From positions 64,001-128,000 of the forward strand of contig CAWFFN010000005.1 of the NCBI GenBank assembly GCA_963815115.1: 64,000 nucleotides of DNA, read 5' to 3'. This DNA is from an uncultured delta proteobacterium. Its GTDB lineage: Bacteria; Desulfobacterota; Binatia; DP-6. This document shows positions 40,788-53,295 of this stretch, piece by piece. The translations under genes were made by a program, and so were the position numbers. The notes beneath the pieces were generated by a model. The model was given only the letters and a program-made list of their open reading frames with translations. It had not been told where the DNA came from and searched no databases. Every line of letters begins with the position of its first letter. Position 1 is the stretch's first letter.

Positions 40788-41566
40788 ATGAGCGACGCAC
40801 AGTTTCAGGTACTGCGCGCGGGCTCTCGTTCGCCTTCGCAGTCGGTCTCGCCCTGACGCTTCAACACCTGACGCCCCACGCGAGGTGGCGGGGCAGCGTC
40901 GGCCCCAACCTCGGGCTCTGGGCAGTGAGCGCGGTCGTCATGGGTCTTGTCTGCGGTGCCTGCGCGTGCACGGTGGCGAGGTGGGCCAGCGCCGCTGGGG
41001 TTGGCGCACTGAACGCCACGGACGCTTCCCTATGGGTCGCCATCCCGGCGACGGTCATCGCGCTCGACTTCGTCTCGTACGTCTGGCACCGGGCGAACCA
41101 CGTAGTGCCGACCCTGTGGCGCCTCCACCGGGTGCACCACTCAGACCAGACCTTTACGGTCTCTACAGCACTGCGGTTCCATCCTGGCGAGCTCGTCCTG
41201 TCGCTTCCTCTTCGGCTGCTCGCGGTCGTAGTCCTGGGGGCACCCGCGCTCGGTGTCGTCGCGTTCGAAGCCCTCTTCGCCGTCTCAAACCTCATCGAGC
41301 ATGGAGACATCGACCTGCCGCTCCAGCTCGAGAGGGCAGTGGACGGCGTACTCGTGACACCGGCACTCCACCGCTTCCATCACACCCGGGCCGGCTTGGA
41401 GCGCGACCATAACTTCGGGACGATTCTCGTGCTCTGGGACCGGCTTCTCCACACCTACCGGCCGAACTCGTCCGCGATGCGGGTCGAGGTCGGCCTTGCC
41501 GAGATTCGCGAATCTCTTGGGCTTCGCGCGGCGCTCCTGCTTCCTGTCCGTAGCCTGGGAAACTAA
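40788..41566 (+). CDS. Sterol desaturase/fatty acid hydroxylase family protein (frameshift near start)
   Basis: His boxes WHRANH, LHRVHHSD, RFHPGE, HRFHH, NFG. Confidence 0.85.
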
Positions 41567-41855
41567 GCCGAGGCCGTCACTGCCAGCGGAAAGAACGCCC
41601 GGCCCGCTTTCATTTCCTCCAGGAACCACGGGGCGAAGCCGTTCTTGATCACCCACTCGAGCCGGTCGCTCCGCCACTGCACGCGGTAGGGGTCAAACGC
41701 CGAGCGCTGCTCTTCCTGGAGCCGGGTTAACGTCTCGAACACGTCCGCATTGTCCTGCACTATCGCGGGCCGTTCCTGAACCCGCCCGAGCCACGCGAGG
41801 AGTCGCCGATGACGCTCAGAATCCAGCCCAAACCCTAGGAAGCTTGCCGCCGCTA

Positions 41856-43380
41856 GTACCGCTGCACAGGGGTTGTGAAGGGATGGTTGGTCAGGCGGCC
41901 TCCGCGGCGGGCAGGGTCGGTTGGGGATAGGAGCGTCCCATCTTCGCGCGGGCACGATGGACATCGAAGAGCCACTCGATGCGTGCGCGGGCGTCGTTGC
42001 GTTGCCGGTTCCAGGCCGCGGTCTCGCGGCGCAGGGTCGGGGCGTCCGCAATCCTTCGGTCGAGGCACTGGCGCACGAGCACCCCGATCTCGATCTCCAC
42101 CATGTTGAGCCAGCTCGCGTGTTTCGGGGTGTAGTGAAACTCCAGAACACGCAGGAGGCGCCGTGCTTCTTCCGGCGGAAAGGCGGTGTACAGCGCCGCC
42201 GACGTGTGCGTGGAGAGATTGTCGAGTACCACGCGGATCCGGCGCGCATGCGGGTAGTGGGTATCGACCAGGTCGCGCATGCACGCGGCGAAATCCCGCG
42301 CCGTGCGGTGCTCGGTCACCTTCACGTGGCGCCAGGGGCGGTGCGCGTCGAGGAACACGAAGAGATTCGCGGTCCCGTTGCGGCGGTACTCGTAGTCGTA
42401 GCGGGCCGCCTGCCCGGGCACGGGCGGACACGGCACGCGCGTCTCGCCGATCAGCTGCGTTGGCGTCTCGTCGAAGCACACGACGGGCATCGTCCGCGGG
42501 GGCCGTTCGGCGTACAGGTCCAACACGTCCTCCATCCGGGCGACGAACTCGGCGTCGACCGCGGGGAGACACCACATCTTGTGCTGCCACGGCTTGAGAG
42601 CCTTCTCGTGCAGGCGCCGTCGCACCGTCTCCCGCGACAGCGCCGTGTGCTCGGTGAGACGCACCACCGCGCCCGCCAGCAGCTCCAGCGTCCAGCGCGC
42701 GCGGCCCGTCGGGGGCTTCGAGCACGCCACCGCCACGAGCAGCGCCTCCTCGTGGGCCGTCAGCTTGCGGCCCGCACCGGGACGCGGGTCGTCGTGGAGG
42801 GCGCGCTCGGTCCCGCGCTCCACGAAGCGGCGCTTGGTCCGGTAGATCGTCGCCGGCCCCACCCCCACGGTCGTCGCGATGATTCGATCGGCCACGCCGG
42901 CATCGGCGGCGAGCAGCACCTGGGCGCGCTTGAGCGTGCGGACCCGCGTCGTCCCGCTCGCTACGACCGCCTCCAGGTCCCCGCGCTCCCTCGGGGTCAA
43001 CTCCACCACGTAGTGCACGTTCATCCGCCACCCCTCCTCCCCTTCCATCCCGGCGCGCAGCGGAGCACTCTGCGGTCGTGTCGGTCCCCAACCCCGATCG
43101 GACTCCGCAGTTCACCGCCGCCCAGGGGCAGTACCTCGCGTTCATCTATGCCTACGCGACGATTCACCGCCAGGCCCCCGCCGAAGCGGACCTGCGGCGA
43201 TTCTTCCGCGTGACCGCGCCGTCGGTGCACCGGATGGTGATCGAACTCGAGCAGCGAGGCCTGATCCGGCGGGTGCCGCGCACCGCACGCAGCATCGAAC
43301 TGCTCGTCCCTCCAGAAGAGCTGCCTATTCTGCGGGACGTCGCGACGAGCCGATCAATCAGAACCTCTGTGCAGCGGTAC
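41856..43380 (-). mobile_element. Complete IS630-family element (transposase 41891-43024)
   Basis: MEDVLDLY, VCFDE, DYEYRRNGT, VLDNLSTH, YTPKHASWLNMVEIE; IRs GTACCGCTGCACAG.GGTT; TA duplication. Confidence 0.95.
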
Positions 43381-43383
43381 TAG
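43078..43383 (+). CDS. LexA-like winged-HTH protein inside IS630
   Basis: FTAAQGQYLAFI...APAEADL...VTAPSVHRMVIELEQRGLIRRVPRTARSIEL; no peptidase domain. Confidence 0.8.
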   Translation: MSVPNPDRTPQFTAAQGQYLAFIYAYATIHRQAPAEADLRRFFRVTAPSVHRMVIELEQRGLIRRVPRTARSIELLVPPEELPILRDVATSRSIRTSVQRY

Positions 43384-44026
43384 GTGCGGCACGACTGCGA
43401 TGTCGGCGATGGAGTATGTGCCGCAGAAGAACTCCGAGTCCCCGAGCAGCCGCTCAAACTCATCATAGAGGCGCCCCATGTCTCGGCCCGCCGCCTCGTG
43501 CATCGCTGGGTGACTTTCCCGGCGCCCGAACTCCACCAGCGTGACCGCATACATGGCCGCGTCGAGCTGGGTGTCTGCGAGGTCTTCCACGAGTCGGCAC
43601 TTGGCACGGAGGCGAGCGTCGGCCGGGTACAGGGCGGGCCGCGGGTGACGGTCCTCGAGGTACTCGCAGATGACCGTTGAGTCGTAGAGCGCGAAGCCGT
43701 CCTCGATAAGCGCCGGAACCTCGGCCCGCGGGTTCACATGGACGAAGTCCGTCCGGTTACAGTCCCCGTGGAGTGCACGCACCCGCTCGAAAGGCACTCC
43801 CTTCTCGTAGAGCGCGATGCGAACCTTGCGGGCGTAGGGGCTGAAGACGTCGTCGAAGAGCGTCAGCATGCTCGCGGTCTACCCATCCCGGCCGAGCAAA
43901 GCCATCCGGGCCTTGCGAGAGCTCCCCCGGCGGACCGTCTAACCGCTGGAAGGGATCGCTGTTAGGGCTCACGCTCAGAGACGGACCGGCCCTTCTCCCT
44001 GGCCCGGTCCAGGTTTCACGCCTATC

Positions 44027-44542
44027 ATGGCCGTCATGGCACAGAGACCACGCATCTTTGTCCTCGCTCTCGTCTTCCTGTTCGTCGTCTGCGCACGCAC
44101 CCGAGCCGAGGATCATTCGATGATGTCCAAAAGCGCTGGTGACACGCGGCAGCCGCTTCCCCTCCCGGCGATGATGGCTGACCACCAGAAGCAGAACATG
44201 CGCGAGCACCTTGCCGCGGTCCAAGCCATCATCGCCGCTGTCGGGCGCGACGACATGGACGCTGTTTCCAAAGGAGCGGCCCGCCTCGGCTACTCTGAAG
44301 CCATGGGACAGATGTGTGAGCACATGGGCGCCGCGGCACCCGGTTTCACTCCCATGGCCCTCAACTTTCACCACACCGCCGACACCATCGGCGAGGCCGC
44401 GCGGCGCGGCGACCGCGCTGGAGTCCTGTCCGCCCTCGACCGGACGCTGCAAACCTGCGTGGGCTGTCACGCCACGTATCGGCAAGAGGTTGTCGACGAC
44501 GAGACGTGGAAGAAGCTCACCGCCGCCACCACGTCGCGGTGA
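44027..44542 (+). CDS. Secreted c-type cytochrome (cytochrome c'-like)
   Basis: Signal peptide, helical body, C-terminal CVGCH. Confidence 0.8.
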   Translation: MAVMAQRPRIFVLALVFLFVVCARTRAEDHSMMSKSAGDTRQPLPLPAMMADHQKQNMREHLAAVQAIIAAVGRDDMDAVSKGAARLGYSEAMGQMCEHMGAAAPGFTPMALNFHHTADTIGEAARRGDRAGVLSALDRTLQTCVGCHATYRQEVVDDETWKKLTAATTSR

Positions 44543-44579
44543 TGAAGGAGCAACCGCGGTCAACTACGTCGTAGGCCCC

Positions 44580-45786
<1,207 letters not shown>

Positions 45787-45832
45787 TCAATCCAGCGAAC
45801 GCCGCGGCGTCGCACCGACGAGCGGAAATCAG

Positions 45833-45922
45833 TGCCCACACTCGGCGCTGGGCTATCTCACCCCGAGAGAGTTCGCGGACCAATTGTCGGCCTGCTGTAG
45901 GCAAAACAAGGGTCGCCCCACA
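45833..45922 (+). mobile_element. IS3-family 3' end remnant
   Basis: Encodes [14 protein letters not shown] followed by a terminal-like ...CAAAACAAGGGTCGCCCCACA. Confidence 0.6.
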
Positions 45923-46010
45923 CTTCTTCGCACTTCAGTTCTTCGGCGGCACTGCGGTTCCCGCCAATCGCGAGAATGGCGCCCGGTCCTTCAGACCGAT
46001 AATCTGTTGG

Positions 46011-48289
46011 CTACCGGTTACAGACGAAGTCCGGCGGGCAACCGCCCCTGCACGTCGTGCCGGTCTCCGCGGCGGCTTCCGGCCACCAGTCGTCGACGCA
46101 GCAGTTGAGGCGCGTCATCGTATTGGCGTAGGCGCCGCTCCGCCGCGAGAGATCGTAAGTCAGCGTGCCGGGTTTGCCGGAGTGGAGGCCCTCCTCGTCG
46201 GGATCGAGGAAGAGATCGGTGAGTTCGTTCCCGTTGGCCCCTTTGACGTACAGCTTCAGCTGCCGCGGCTCGCAGACGCGCCCGCACGGCGGCGGAGTCG
46301 GCCCCGGCCCGGGCGGGCACGCGGGGCAGTCGGAGTGTGTGCCGCAACGGACGCCCGGTGCGTTCCGGCACCACTTCGTCTCCTTCTCTACGCAGGCATG
46401 GTTGTTGCCAGGAAAGAGCGCGCGGCAGGTGGTGTCGTCGATGCAGGGTGGAGCCACGCGGCACTGCCCTCCGAGACAGACCGCGCCCGGCCCGCACGAC
46501 CCGTTCGGGCTGCACGCCGGTTCGGCGGTGGGGGCGCAATGCCCCCCTATGCAGGTCGCGCCGGCGCCGCAGTCCGCGTCGGTCGTGCAGGCAGGCGCGT
46601 CGAGGTTGGCACAGCGACCGACGCTCCCCGGACGGGTCAGAAGGTACCGCAGCTTCGTCGGTACCGTCGGTCGCTTGGTCTGATGGCCACACAGGGCATG
46701 ACGCAGCGGAGGACGACTGAAGGCGCCGCCGGGGCTCACCGACAGAAGGTAGGGGCGCAGGTCGTGGCCGTCGCAAGGCGTGCCGTCGTCTCCCTGCGGG
46801 CACGCCTGCGACCCTGGTGTGTCGAGGGCCAAGCCGAGGGCGGTGGGCAACACGTCGGTCGAGTGCCCGAGCTCAGCGATCTCGTTCGCCGGGGGCGGCG
46901 TTTCCTGCGTGCCGTCCCAGCCCGGCACGGCCGGCAGGTTACGCGGGTCGAAGACCACGATGCGCGTGCGATAGCCATTCTCGGTGAAGGCGTGCTTCGA
47001 GTTGGGCAGGAACCAACCGTTGTCGGACATGTAGACGAGGACGGTGTGGCGCGCGAGATCGGGGGAGACGGCCGCGGCCCACGTGCCGCCACACTGGGCC
47101 GGGGCGGTGACATCGAAGCGCGCCTGGCCTGAGCGGTCGATGCAGTGCGGGGCGCTGGCGCGTGCGAGGTACTCGCGGATCTCGCGGATGGAATCGTCCA
47201 CCCACCACATGTTGGCGTAGAAGGCTCGCTCGCTGCCGAACTGTGCCTCGTTGAAGGCCGACACCACGGGCGCGCAGCTCCCCGCGTTGCAATACTGAGC
47301 GAGCTGGAACAGGCCGCCGAGTGCAGGGGGGGTGACGCTGCCGAGTAGGTCTCGGTGGCAGCTGGTGAGCTGAGCGGCTGGTGGGGGATGCGGGGTGCCG
47401 CCCAAGCGAAGAAGTGCTGCACCGCGAACTCCGCCGGCGAGGTCCCGGGCAGGCGGAAGAACAGCCCGTCGAGGAACTCGAAGAGGTCCTCCATGTTGAA
47501 GATCGTCGTCGGGTTGTAGTCCGCGGCCATCTCCGAGCCGCAGCGCGGGGGGCTGCCGTTCAGGCCCGGGAGGCAGTTCGTGCGTCCGAGTCGCCGGCCC
47601 CTGGCGAGCGCGTCGAAGCCATGGTCACCCACCGAGCCCGTGAACTTGCCACCGAGGAAGGTGCAGTAGCCGCCCACCCGGTTGCCGTCGTTGTAGGGAT
47701 CGACCGGCGCCGCTGCGTCGTCACCGAGCGCGCGCAGGACCTTCGGGATGGTGGCGAAGTGGTCGGCGATCTGCGGCCGGCCGTCGAAGCTGCGGGCGTA
47801 ACGACCCGTGAGGATCGAGTCGATCGACGGGTAGCACCAGGACGCCGTGTTGTGTGCGATGGGGAACACGGCGCCGTAGCCGGCGAGCAGGTCGAGGTTG
47901 GGGGTGGACGGCGGCGGGATGGGAGTGCCGGTCTGCACGCTGCGGCATTCGCCCGCGGTGCCGTAGTGACAAGCGCCCTGGTCGTCGCCGTAGAGCAGGA
48001 TGACGTTCGGCCGCGACCTGATCGGTGACGGCACGCAGGCGACGCCGTCGATCGGGCAGATCCCGTCCGCGGAGCATGCCACGCCGCCGGCGCACATGCC
48101 TTCCACGGCCGGGCAGCAGGGCCTGTCCCCGGTGCGATGGTTGGGGGAGTAGAAGACCGACGGAGGCTCGCAGCCGTTCAGACGCGTGGCCCACTGGAGG
48201 TGCCTGGCCTGCGCGAGCGGCGGGCAGACGAGGCCTGCCAGCAGTGCGGCGAGAAGAGCGAGAGAAACTCCAGGTACACGGCTCCGCAT
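46011..48289 (-). CDS. Secreted Cys-rich sulfatase-like protein, paralog 1 (frameshift near 47345)
   Basis: Signal peptide, PNVILLYGDDQG, TPNLDLLA, WCYPSIDSILTGRY, PH, SDNG, DVLPT; C-terminal Cys repeats. Confidence 0.8.
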
Positions 48290-48343
48290 TGCGGGTCTGC
48301 CTTCCTTTTTCGGACTGGTCGCCGGGTGCTGGTTCGTAACCGC

Positions 48344-50733
48344 CTACTTGCAGGTGAGATCGGACGGACACGAGTCTCCCGCAGCGCACAGGGTCCCCGC
48401 GGCCGGGACCACCTGCGGCCACCAGTTGTCGATGCAGCAGTTCATCCGCCTGATGGCCGCCGCGTAGGGGCCGTTCAGATTCGAGAGCTGGCCGACCAGC
48501 GTGCTGCCGTCGCCGGAGAAGAGCCCGTGCTCGTCCGGATCGACGAACGGGTCCGTCAGCTGCACCGAGGGAACGTTCGCGGCGTTGTGCCCGGGGGTGA
48601 TGTAGAGCTTGAGCGTCCGGGGCTCGCACAGCCTGCCGCACGGGACCGGACTACCGTTCGCGCTCGGACAGGAGGGACAGTCGTCGTTCGTGGCGCAGGC
48701 GACGCTCGGGTCGTTGCGACACCAGCGCGTATCCCTGGCCGCGCAGGCGTAGCCGCTGCCCAGCAGGGAGGTGCAATCCCCGTCGTCCAGACACACCGGC
48801 CCCATCCGGCAGCGCCCCGCCAAACAGACGCTTCCTGCCGGGCAGCCTGCCGTCGCCGCGCACGACGTTTCGGCCACCGCCATGGCGCAGTGGTCACCCA
48901 GGCAGAAGTCGCCTGCCGCGCAGTCGCTGGAAGTCGTACACGAGGGTTCAGCGAGCTTCGTGCATCGACCGACACTTCCCGGTCGTGTGAGGAGGTAGCG
49001 GCTCTGCGTCGGCGACGTGGGCCGCTCGGTGTGATGGCCGCAGAGCGCATGTCGCAGGGTCTCGGGGGCCGCGGCACCGCCCGGCGCCCAGGGAAGATAG
49101 GGCCGCAAGTCGTGGCCGTCGCATGCCGAGCCGTCGCTGCTCTGTGGACACGGCTGGCCGGCGGGTGTCCCGGCGGCATACCCGACCACGGTCGGCAGCA
49201 CGTCGACCCCGTTGGCGAGGGCCGAGGTCTCTCGAGGAGTCGGTGGGGCGACCTGCTGGGGGTCCCAGGATGGAACGTCGGGCAGGACCCGCGGGTCGAA
49301 GACGAGAAGCCGCGTCCGATAGCCGTTTTCGGTGAAGGCGTGCTTCGACCTGGGCAGGAACCACCCGTTGTCCGCGAGGTACAGGATGATCGTGTTGCGG
49401 CCCAGGTCCGGGCTCACCCCACTCCAGGTCCCCGAGCATGCTCCTGGTGTCGTGACGTCGAAGCGGCTCCGGCCGTCGGCTCCGATGCAGTGAGGCGCCG
49501 TCTCGGCGACCAGGAAGTGCCGGAGCTCGCGGATGTTGTCGTCGACCCACCACATGCTCGCGTAGAAATCGTGGCCCGTCCCGAAATTGGTCTCGTTGAA
49601 CGCCTGCACCGCGGGTGGACAGCTACTTCCGGTGCACCACTTCCCGAGATCCATCACGCCGCCGAGCGGGAACAGCCCGGCGCCTCCGAACAGGTAGTCG
49701 CGGATGGGCTGCGGCGCACGGAGACCTTGATGTGGGATGCGGGGCGCATGCCAGACGAAGAAGCGCTGCACGGCATAGTCCGCCGGCGTGGCCGCGGGAT
49801 CCTTGTAGAGCAGCATGTCGATGAAGTTGAAGACGTCGCTCATCCGGCTCGTCGTGAACGGCGAATAGGCGGCGCCGATCGCGGTCCCGCACCGCGGGGG
49901 TGATCCCGGCGGTCCCGCCACGCAGTCGTTGCGGCCCAGCTTGCGCCCGCTCGTCTTCGTGACAGCGTCGAAGCCCGGCTCACCGGGCGAGGCGGCGAAC
50001 TTGCCTCCGAGCAAGGTGCAGTAAGCGCCGACGGCCGCATTCGAGTCGTAGGGATCTGGCGTGGTCGCGGCGACGCCCTCGAGCCGGTGCAACGCCTGAC
50101 CCACGGTCACGTACGCGTCCGCGACGCGCCGGACGCCGTTGAAACTTCGCTGGTAGCGGCCGGTCAGGATCGAATCGAGGGACGGAAAACACCAGCTCGC
50201 CGTGTTGTGAGCCACCGGGAAGACCGTCCCGTAGCCGGCGAGGAGGTCGAGGTTCGGCGTCTTCGGAGGGGAATGGGCGTGCCGCTCTGCACGCTCCGAC
50301 ATTCGCCCGCCGTGCCATAGTGACAAGCACCCTGGTCGTCCGCAATGAACAGGATGACGTTGGGGCGCGCCGTGGTCGACCCCGGGATGCGTGGCACCGT
50401 CTCGGTGGGACAGGTTCCGCTGGCGGGGCACGCGTTGCCGCCCGGGCACACGCCCTCGATCGTGGGACAACACGGCTTCCGGCCGGGTACGTGGTGCGGC
50501 GAGTAGAAGACATGCGGCGGCTCGCAGAGCGGGCCAACCCGCTTCGACCACTGAACCGATACGCGTGCGTACGCGGGGACGCCGAGCGTCGAGACAAGCG
50601 CCAGCAGCATCGCCGCACAGCGTCGCTTGCGGTGTGAATCGACGAGCGAGCGCTGTGTGACCGTCGTTCCGGTGCGCCGCGCCAGCGAGGCTCTGCCGAT
50701 CGAAGACATCACACCCGCTTGCCCACCGTCCAT
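48344..50733 (-). CDS. Secreted Cys-rich sulfatase-like protein, paralog 2 (frameshift near 50270)
   Basis: PNVILFIADDQG, TPNLDLLA, WCFPSLDSILTGRY, ADNG, DVLPT; same architecture as paralog 1; start uncertain. Confidence 0.8.
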
Positions 50734-50996
50734 CGTATGTCCTCAGGCGTGAGCGAACGAATGGTACGAGCGCCGTTTGGAGACACGCTCGCCGAGGCCT
50801 TCACAGGGTCATACCTCTGCCCCTCGTTGGTCGTCAGGTAGGAGTCATCAGCCACCGCGGCGGTTATACGGCGGACTCCATCGCCGTGTTGCGGCGGTGA
50901 CCTCTAACTTCCGCGCGTGCCGAGTGTCAAGAGAAATCCACGCTCTTGACTTCTCCACTCGCCTGCCGCTATCGCATCCCGCTATCGCTGTTCGAC

Positions 50997-52871
50997 ATGA
51001 GTGAGCAGGTGGGTCCGAGACGAGTGGGCGCCGGCATCGCCGGGGGACTGCTGGCCGGTGCCGTCGTGGGAGCGGCAGAGGCGGCCGTCGGATGGCTTCA
51101 TGCCCACGGAGCCGGAGAGCTCCCGCCCGTCACCTGGGCCCTCTACACCTACGGCCTGATCGGGGCAGTGGGCGGGCTGGGTGCCGGCGTTCTGGCTTCC
51201 CTCCTTGGTCTCGACGCCTTCGCGCTCGCGCTTGCCGCAGTCGGGGTCGTGCTTACCATCGCGGTTGGGCGCTTTCGGATCATTCGTGACGTGTTTCTCG
51301 AGCAGGCGCCGCACGGCCTCATACCCCGGCTCATCGAGATTGCGAGCATCGCTGCGGTCTGCGCTCTCGGCGTGCTGCTCTGGCGTGCGCTTCGTGGGCT
51401 TGGTGAAAGACGCGCCCTGATGACGCGTCCTGTCGTCGCCGCGCTGATCGTCGCAGGGCTCGGTGGCGCATGGGCCGCGGCCGCGACGTCCCTCATCCAC
51501 CCCGGACCCGCGGCGATCGCTCCGAGTGCGGCAACTGCGCCGGAGGGCGCTCCCAACGTCCTCCTCGTCGGGGTCGACACCCTGCGTGCCGATCACCTGT
51601 CCTGCTACGGCTATGCCGCGACCAAGACCCCAGCCATCGACGCTCTTGCCGCCGACGGCGTGCGCTTCAGCAATGCCTTCTCGCAGGCCTCGTGGACGCG
51701 CCCCTCGTTCGCAACGATCCTGACGGGACTCTACCCGTCGTCGCACGGCACGGTGCACAAAGCGGACAAGCTCCCCGACGGCATCGACACGGTCGCCGAG
51801 CTTCTGCACGCGGCAGGGTACCGGACGATCGGCTTTGCCGACAACGTCAACATTGCGCCTGCCTTCAATTTTCAGCAGGGTTTCGACGAGTATCACTACC
51901 TCGCTCCGGCGTTGTTCTTCTACGCCGATGACGCGACGGCACAGCTCACCCTCTACAGCGGCCTTCGCCTGGTGCGGGAGCGGTTCTTCGCCCGCTCCGT
52001 CGACGTGCACAACTACTACCAGCCCGCCGAGACCGTCACCGCGACGGTTCGTCGGTGGCTCGACGGCGCCGGTGCCTCTCCCCAGCCGCTCTTTCTGTTC
52101 GTCCACTACATGGACCCGCACGACCCCTACTTCGTGCACCCCTTCAACGGCGAGGGCTACGCGCGCGTCGCGGACCCCAATCCTCCGCCGGCCGTCGCTG
52201 ACACCTACCGCCGGCTGTACGACGGGGAGATCGGCTACCTCGACACGCATCTGGCCGCGCTCTTCGACGACCTCAAGCGTCGGGGACTCTACGATCGCAC
52301 CCTCATCATCCTCACCGGAGATCACGGCGAAGAATTCCAGGAGCACGGTGGCTGGTGGCATGGGACGACCCTCTACGACGAGCAGATCCACGTGCCCCTC
52401 ATCGTCAAACCGCCGCGCAGCCAGAACAAGGCACGCGAAGCGACGGAGATGGTCATGAGCGTCGACATCGTGCCGACGATCCTCGCTGCGGCGCACCTCA
52501 CGCTTCCGAAGACGCTCCAGGGGCATCCGCTTTCGCTTGACGGCTCGGGGCCGACCCAGCGCGAGCGCGTCTTCGCCGAAGAGGACTTCGAGGGGAACGT
52601 CCTCCAGGCGGTTCGGACGCCGGAGTGGAAGTTCATGGTGGCTAACGAGGACAATCCGCGCGGCCTGCCCACTCAGCAACTCTTCAACCTCACGCAGGAC
52701 CCGATGGAGAAGAGCGACCTCGCCTCACGGTCCCCACAGGACGTGGAGATCTGGCGCGCTGCGCTCGGACAGTGGTTCGTGGCAGCGAGTGCACAGGCCC
52801 ACGCCAGCGAGCACGGGGCGACCGACGCCGCAACGGCGGACCGCCTGCGGGCGCTGGGGTATCTCAAGTGA
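50997..52871 (+). CDS. Membrane-anchored sulfatase/alkaline-phosphatase superfamily protein
   Basis: About 5 N-terminal TMs, PNVLLVGVDTLRADHL, SWTRPSFATILTGLYP, HYMDPHDPY, GDHGEEF, LRALGY. Confidence 0.88.
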   Translation: MSEQVGPRRVGAGIAGGLLAGAVVGAAEAAVGWLHAHGAGELPPVTWALYTYGLIGAVGGLGAGVLASLLGLDAFALALAAVGVVLTIAVGRFRIIRDVFLEQAPHGLIPRLIEIASIAAVCALGVLLWRALRGLGERRALMTRPVVAALIVAGLGGAWAAAATSLIHPGPAAIAPSAATAPEGAPNVLLVGVDTLRADHLSCYGYAATKTPAIDALAADGVRFSNAFSQASWTRPSFATILTGLYPSSHGTVHKADKLPDGIDTVAELLHAAGYRTIGFADNVNIAPAFNFQQGFDEYHYLAPALFFYADDATAQLTLYSGLRLVRERFFARSVDVHNYYQPAETVTATVRRWLDGAGASPQPLFLFVHYMDPHDPYFVHPFNGEGYARVADPNPPPAVADTYRRLYDGEIGYLDTHLAALFDDLKRRGLYDRTLIILTGDHGEEFQEHGGWWHGTTLYDEQIHVPLIVKPPRSQNKAREATEMVMSVDIVPTILAAAHLTLPKTLQGHPLSLDGSGPTQRERVFAEEDFEGNVLQAVRTPEWKFMVANEDNPRGLPTQQLFNLTQDPMEKSDLASRSPQDVEIWRAALGQWFVAASAQAHASEHGATDAATADRLRALGYLK

Positions 52872-53254
52872 GCATCGCGGCAGCCACGGGCAACGTTCGC
52901 TATATGGTCGACGACGTCGGCGCCGCCGTTGCCTTGTACACGACCTACCTCGGCTTCACGCTGCTCTCCACTGCGGCGCCGGCCTTTGCAGACGTCACCC
53001 GTGGATCGCTGCGGCTGCTACTCAGCGGGAAGACGAGCTCGGCTGGCCGACCCATGCCCGACGGCACGCAGCCAAGCCCCGGCGGCTGGAACCGCATCCA
53101 ACTGGTCGCCGATGACCTCGGCGCCGAGGTCACCCGGCTCCGCGCCGCTGGCCTCAGGTTCCGGAACGACATCGTGATCGGACCCGGCGGGTCGCAGATC
53201 CTCTTGGAGGATCCCTCCGGCAACCTCGTCGAACTGTTCCAGCCCGCTCGGTGA
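52868..53254 (+). CDS. VOC/glyoxalase family protein
   Basis: VRYMVDDV, PGGWNRI, GPGGSQILLEDPSGNLVELFQP. Confidence 0.88.
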   Translation: MSIAAATGNVRYMVDDVGAAVALYTTYLGFTLLSTAAPAFADVTRGSLRLLLSGKTSSAGRPMPDGTQPSPGGWNRIQLVADDLGAEVTRLRAAGLRFRNDIVIGPGGSQILLEDPSGNLVELFQPAR

Positions 53255-53295
53255 GAAGCCCCAACCCTCGTGTGATAGTGCAGCGATGACGCTTC

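Larger units (their letters stand above)
41563..43869 (-). pseudogene. Glutathione S-transferase family gene split by IS630
   Basis: SPYARKVRIAL, NPRAEVPAL, DSTVICEYL; removing 41854-43380 rejoins ...ADIAVVPHL|AAASFLG... in frame (259 aa). Confidence 0.9.
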
